64,000 bases of DNA from an uncultured delta proteobacterium (GTDB taxonomy: Bacteria > Desulfobacterota > Desulfobacteria > Desulfobacterales > JAHEIW01): NCBI GenBank assembly GCA_963706575.1, contig CAVPNL010000006.1, positions 128,001-192,000 of the forward strand, written 5' to 3'. A program made the translations under genes and the position numbers. Under the pieces are notes generated by a model, which did not search any database, was not told the DNA's origin, and saw nothing but the letters and a program-made list of their open reading frames with translations. Below, piece after piece: positions 60,901-64,000 of this stretch. The stretch's first letter is position 1. Each line of letters starts with the position of its first letter.

Positions 60901-63900
60901 AAATCCATCGCAGCCACATCCACCCCGTTGGCGACCAGATAATCCCGCGTGAGCCGGTAGATGCCTTCTTGCTCGACATAGATCTTGTATGCAAGACCCT
61001 GGGCGCCGGTGTCCGGCGACCACAGGGCATTGACGAGCACGCCCAGAGAAGACAGAACCGGTGAAATCGGATTGTTGATCAGGGGCGTGGCACCGAAGGC
61101 CAGAGCCATTTTGCCCATGGAAGCGATGCTGTCGGAAGCACTAGTGTCAATCGGCAGCTGCCAGGGAGAAGGCGCGTTATGATCGACCTGGGCCAGTGAA
61201 CCGTCAACATAGTCCACCCGTACCCGAATTTTGCGATAATGACGCAGCTCGCCGCTCACCGGGTTGAAAGCGAGCGGGTGAAACAGCACCTGTTGTTTGT
61301 TCTGACCGCGGAAGACAAACACGTCGCCCAGTTGAGCAACATCCTGCGGGTAAATCGCGTCCAGCGCGTAGGCTTGTTGATCCCATACAAAGCTTTCACC
61401 CACCGCTGCGGTACTGCCCTGATCGTCAACCACCGGCTCGGGCACCGGCAAAATCCGGTAGCCGGCAGAGATCTCGACCTCGGTCTGCTGCAGGGTGAGG
61501 GTTGCGGTTTTATCGTCCGGGATATCCAGCAAAATGCCTTTAACCGGCATTTCGGGTTTGCCCACCTCCCGGGTGTGGCCGTGGATATAGTCGGCGATGC
61601 GCAGGCGCTCGAATTCCTCGCCGCCGGCATTGACGACCTCGGTGTCAAAACTATCGGTGTCAAGCTCCAGGGTCATCCCGCTCTCGTCTTCGGCCAGAAC
61701 CTGCACCCCACGGCCCAGCTGCCGAGAACCATCAGCTTCCAAGCTTTCTCGCTTCCTGGCCTCCTGGCCATCGAGTATACCGTCGCCGTCGCTGTCGGGA
61801 TTAAAGGGATCGGTACCCAGCTCATATTCCTGCCGGTTGGTCAGCCCGTCACCGTCGGCATCGACATCGGCATCGTTGACCCAGGGATTCAGGCCGTGGG
61901 CGATTTCCCAGTCATCGGGGATCCCATCGGCATCCCAGTCCACGCAGATGGGACCGTGAAAGGTGCGTTTGCCCGAGGCATCGATGTCTTCCAGCTTGTA
62001 GTAGTAAAGCGTGCCCGGGCTGACGGCGGCGTCGATGAAGCTGTAGGATTTGCCTTTGACGGAATAGATCAAGCCGGGAATCAGGCTGTCGTTTATTTTC
62101 ACAAATGGACCCGAGGGGCTGGTGCTGCGGTACAGGTTGAATCCCAGATTGCGGATTTCCTGGGCGGTCTGCCAGTCTACCCGAACATGATTTTCTTCTC
62201 CTGTAGCGCTAAAGGAGATGAGGTCGATGGCCGTGGCCGGTGTTTCCGGCCCCAGGGTGAAAAAAGTGCTCGGATCGCTTTGGTTGTTGTATTCGCTGTT
62301 CAGCCAGGCATTGCTGCGGGCGATTGAAGAGATGCGCACCTCGTCGATGATGCCGTCAAAGGGCAGATCCGCGCCGGTGGCATTGTCGCCGATTCTGACC
62401 TGATCGCTGTTTTCAGTCAGATTGCCGGTCTGGGACGACTGCGTATCAGCCGTGTTGTTGATGCGGATGTACTTGAGCGAGGCCGAGCCGTCGTATTTGC
62501 CGGTTACCATATACCAGGTGCTGGTTGAAAAGGCGTTGCTGCCGTCAAGCGCCGAGTTGGACACATACAAGCGCGCCCGGTAGCTGCCGCCCAGCTTGTC
62601 GGTACTGAGGGTCCACACATAATTGGTTGCGCTGGATTTGTCCAGAATGGTTTGGGTATCGGCAAAGCTTTCGTAGTTGACCCAGGCCTGCAGCGTCAGC
62701 GCGCTGCCGCTCACCGACCAGGTGCCGATGTCGATGTAATCGGAGTTGCTGCCCTCAAAATCAACCCCGTTGGCGATCTGTCCGCTGGCATAGCCCTGGG
62801 TCTGACCGCCGGTGCCGTTGTGCGAACCGGTGGAATCGTTCCAGTCGTCATGCAGGTGGTAGACAGCCTCGTAACCGTTGGACCACACGCCGGGGGCGTC
62901 CTGGGTGGAAGTCGTAATGCAGTCGTTGCCGTACCACATGTAAATGTCTGTATTACTGCTGCCCGATAAGCTGGGTATCCGCACCCAGGCCACCAGAATG
63001 TCATTGGTGGTGTCGTAGACTTCAATTTCATGATCCAGCTGCGCACCCCCAAGCGATGCCCGGAAGATGATGTCGTCGCCGTCGGGATCGGTGACATCGT
63101 CTTCGATGCTTTGAAAATCGGCGCCGGTCAGCTTGATCATCACCGGAAAATCGGTTAGATCCGCTTCCACTTTTGAAGCTTGAATGGTGATCTTGCGATA
63201 TCGGTCAAAAGTGCAGTCTTCCACCGTAATGGTGGGCGTATTACTGTAGGTATCCAGCCCTTTGATGCGCAGCTGAATAGTGTCGTTGTTTAACACATCC
63301 TCGCCCTTGATCATCAGGCTGAACTCGAGCTCGACCTCGTCGCTGCCGGAAAAATCCAGCACCGTACCGCCGGCCTGGCCGTTGGTCTCATCCACACCGT
63401 CGTTGTCGGAGATAAACGTACCGGATCCCAGTTGCTGGGTGGTATCTTCAGCCTCGGTCAGATTATCGGTGGCCTTGGCCTTGATGACTGAGGATGCGCC
63501 GGTGACATCGTTCCAGGCCCCAGCGTTGTGGCTGTACTCCAGTTGAAAGGTCTTGTCCGCAGCGCTGATCCCGCCGTTTTCGCGCACCAGAAAACGCACC
63601 CGAAAATGCTCGCCGTACTTCTCGCCGTAATGCTCAGTTACCACCTGCTGAGTCCAGTTGGTGTTGGCCGCCGCTATCCAGGTAGCAGTGGTCTCGCTGC
63701 CGTCGTTGTTGCGGGCGCGAAAAGCAGCCTGAACGAATTCCAGGATACCGGTGACGGTGACGGTGGGGGTGTTGGTATAGGTGTTTAAACCCTTGACGCG
63801 CAGCTCGATGGTATCGTCATTGCTTACATCGGCGCTGCGGATCTGCAGGCAGTACTCCAGTTCCACCTCGTCGCTGCCGCTAAAGTCCAGGTTGGTGCTG

Positions 63901-63995
63901 CCGGCCAGCCCGTCAACCTCGTCAAAAGCATCGTTGTTGGCCCCCACCGGGGTTCCCGAGCCGATCTGCTGGGTGGTATCGGCGCCGTCGGCCAC
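57942..63995 (-). CDS. Giant C25 (gingipain-like) cysteine peptidase surface protein, 5'-truncated by the window edge, with in-frame C-terminal receiver domain
   Basis: Tandem beta-rich repeats, DUF2341-like and LamG-like regions, DxDxDG Ca-binding repeats, C25 propeptide, YVLLVGD, IGRLP, catalytic GHG and MSC, FN3-like domain, GCFIAT + TM, REC. Confidence 0.88.
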   Translation of the reverse strand: MADGADTTQQIGSGTPVGANNDAFDEVDGLAGSTNLDFSGSDEVELEYCLQIRSADVSNDDTIELRVKGLNTYTNTPTVTVTGILEFVQAAFRARNNDGSETTATWIAAANTNWTQQVVTEHYGEKYGEHFRVRFLVRENGGISAADKTFQLEYSHNAGAWNDVTGASSVIKAKATDNLTEAEDTTQQLGSGTFISDNDGVDETNGQAGGTVLDFSGSDEVELEFSLMIKGEDVLNNDTIQLRIKGLDTYSNTPTITVEDCTFDRYRKITIQASKVEADLTDFPVMIKLTGADFQSIEDDVTDPDGDDIIFRASLGGAQLDHEIEVYDTTNDILVAWVRIPSLSGSSNTDIYMWYGNDCITTSTQDAPGVWSNGYEAVYHLHDDWNDSTGSHNGTGGQTQGYASGQIANGVDFEGSNSDYIDIGTWSVSGSALTLQAWVNYESFADTQTILDKSSATNYVWTLSTDKLGGSYRARLYVSNSALDGSNAFSTSTWYMVTGKYDGSASLKYIRINNTADTQSSQTGNLTENSDQVRIGDNATGADLPFDGIIDEVRISSIARSNAWLNSEYNNQSDPSTFFTLGPETPATAIDLISFSATGEENHVRVDWQTAQEIRNLGFNLYRSTSPSGPFVKINDSLIPGLIYSVKGKSYSFIDAAVSPGTLYYYKLEDIDASGKRTFHGPICVDWDADGIPDDWEIAHGLNPWVNDADVDADGDGLTNRQEYELGTDPFNPDSDGDGILDGQEARKRESLEADGSRQLGRGVQVLAEDESGMTLELDTDSFDTEVVNAGGEEFERLRIADYIHGHTREVGKPEMPVKGILLDIPDDKTATLTLQQTEVEISAGYRILPVPEPVVDDQGSTAAVGESFVWDQQAYALDAIYPQDVAQLGDVFVFRGQNKQQVLFHPLAFNPVSGELRHYRKIRVRVDYVDGSLAQVDHNAPSPWQLPIDTSASDSIASMGKMALAFGATPLINNPISPVLSSLGVLVNALWSPDTGAQGLAYKIYVEQEGIYRLTRDYLVANGVDVAAMDLSQIRIYNLGEEVALSVYDQNTDDILDASDYIEFYGRPVTALYAKYARDNVYWLVTAGGMGSPKRMADVDGIPAAGPLAATHSFTVHHEEDEYYVGLAPGDDSLDRWFFDDFVLGTSFSGTPDPVPADFTVNLPGIAGHGSIKISMWGYYDTYHEIEVWVNGNPAGIFNWTGIAFYEATIDEIDLLEGDNTISLACNRDLDGIIVDWVEITYPRTFEAANNTLKFSHDSGFRYQIDGFGSDALMVFDITQATDVGRVANVAISGSNPYTLEFEPPVNPGATATYLVLESDASMIPVGLIEDTAADLADNANGADYILITHRDLGWDANGDAYGWLDDLVALREDQGLRVKVVDVADIFDEFSYGLTSAEAIRNFLDYAYTSWEPPAPRYVLLVGDSNYDFRDNLLLGITNHVPSYLTFTQFMGETLTDEWFVKISGDDAVPDLYIGRLPAQSAAEANIMVNKILTYETTPNDKTWQKNTLLIADNQIEAYEATFETMNEEAAMLLPASMNAPFKGYLNDYLTAAALRDDIKAAIDDGTLIVNYSGHGSLQRFAGEGIFQNSDVDGLSNTGRYPFVISMSCLTGYFGYLDPQNGPEPSLAEALLRADGKGAVASLMPTGMTSTGGQHILDTALFESIFTKDIRQLGPAVVDAKQTLLANGGTAFEEISETFLLFGDPALTLQVPIPYKPTEVDVQQVEEGIIISWQSVEDCDGNPVAGYNVYRSQSAGGIYTKINGILITDTQYLDTDPASISAQDSGGSGAASYFYGVTSVDSSGDESAQSLAISPPSLATGFGAATAGAAGCFIATSTSPAAFNITFNGLIAIVSIILAFLLLQSIFNPSRKKNTAEKKMNPFNELKNIKTLLVDDDEFIRNSLKLAFKTKGCCLQVAESAEQGLQAIKEQQFDIIISDLRLPGINGLEFLKLTSFTQPQAIRFLITAYRDDHIFSEALRLGVNEFIEKPFAVKVLINLLALALKRQEKTRSAIM

Positions 63996-64000
63996 ATTGG

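Noticed and set aside
61239..62327. 362-aa plus-strand ORF and other long antisense ORFs
   Set aside because: Antisense to well-supported genes with GC-rich codon usage; no motifs of their own

Overview
Chromosomal segment that looks like a Desulfobacterota (Desulfobacterales-like) sulfate reducer, inferred from gene content and order such as sirC-ccsA-hemA-fabD and dksA-PHP-rnc-radical SAM. In order it holds: PBP1A; a Cache/PAS histidine kinase plus NarL/UvrY-type regulator flanked by two orphan LivK-type binding proteins; a TAXI-TRAP-Usp operon; a ~12.6 kb polyphosphate locus; a small catabolic block (CMD, second TAXI-TRAP, DJ-1, DapA-like, MaoC-like); housekeeping genes; a STAS/PP2C/hybrid kinase/adenylate cyclase signalling cluster; and the 3' part of a giant gingipain-like (C25) surface protein apparently fused to a receiver domain. 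The best candidate for an undescribed system is the polyP locus. Besides ppk1, two ppk2, ppx, sixA and a metallophosphoesterase, it has a translationally coupled CHAD-ParA pair, a 57%-lysine histone-H1-like protein, an HhH/Lys-rich protein, an unannotated 54-aa Cys/His microprotein and a guanylate-kinase-like gene. Together these suggest a polyP-granule building and positioning module. Intergenic DNA is rich in repeats: ERIC-like elements with covarying stems, about 12 short-period palindromes and a nested MITE. A cluster of +1 frameshifts at 5-16 kb is most likely sequencing error. No rRNA, tRNA, CRISPR array or transposase was seen. Family assignments come from motif recognition, not database searches.
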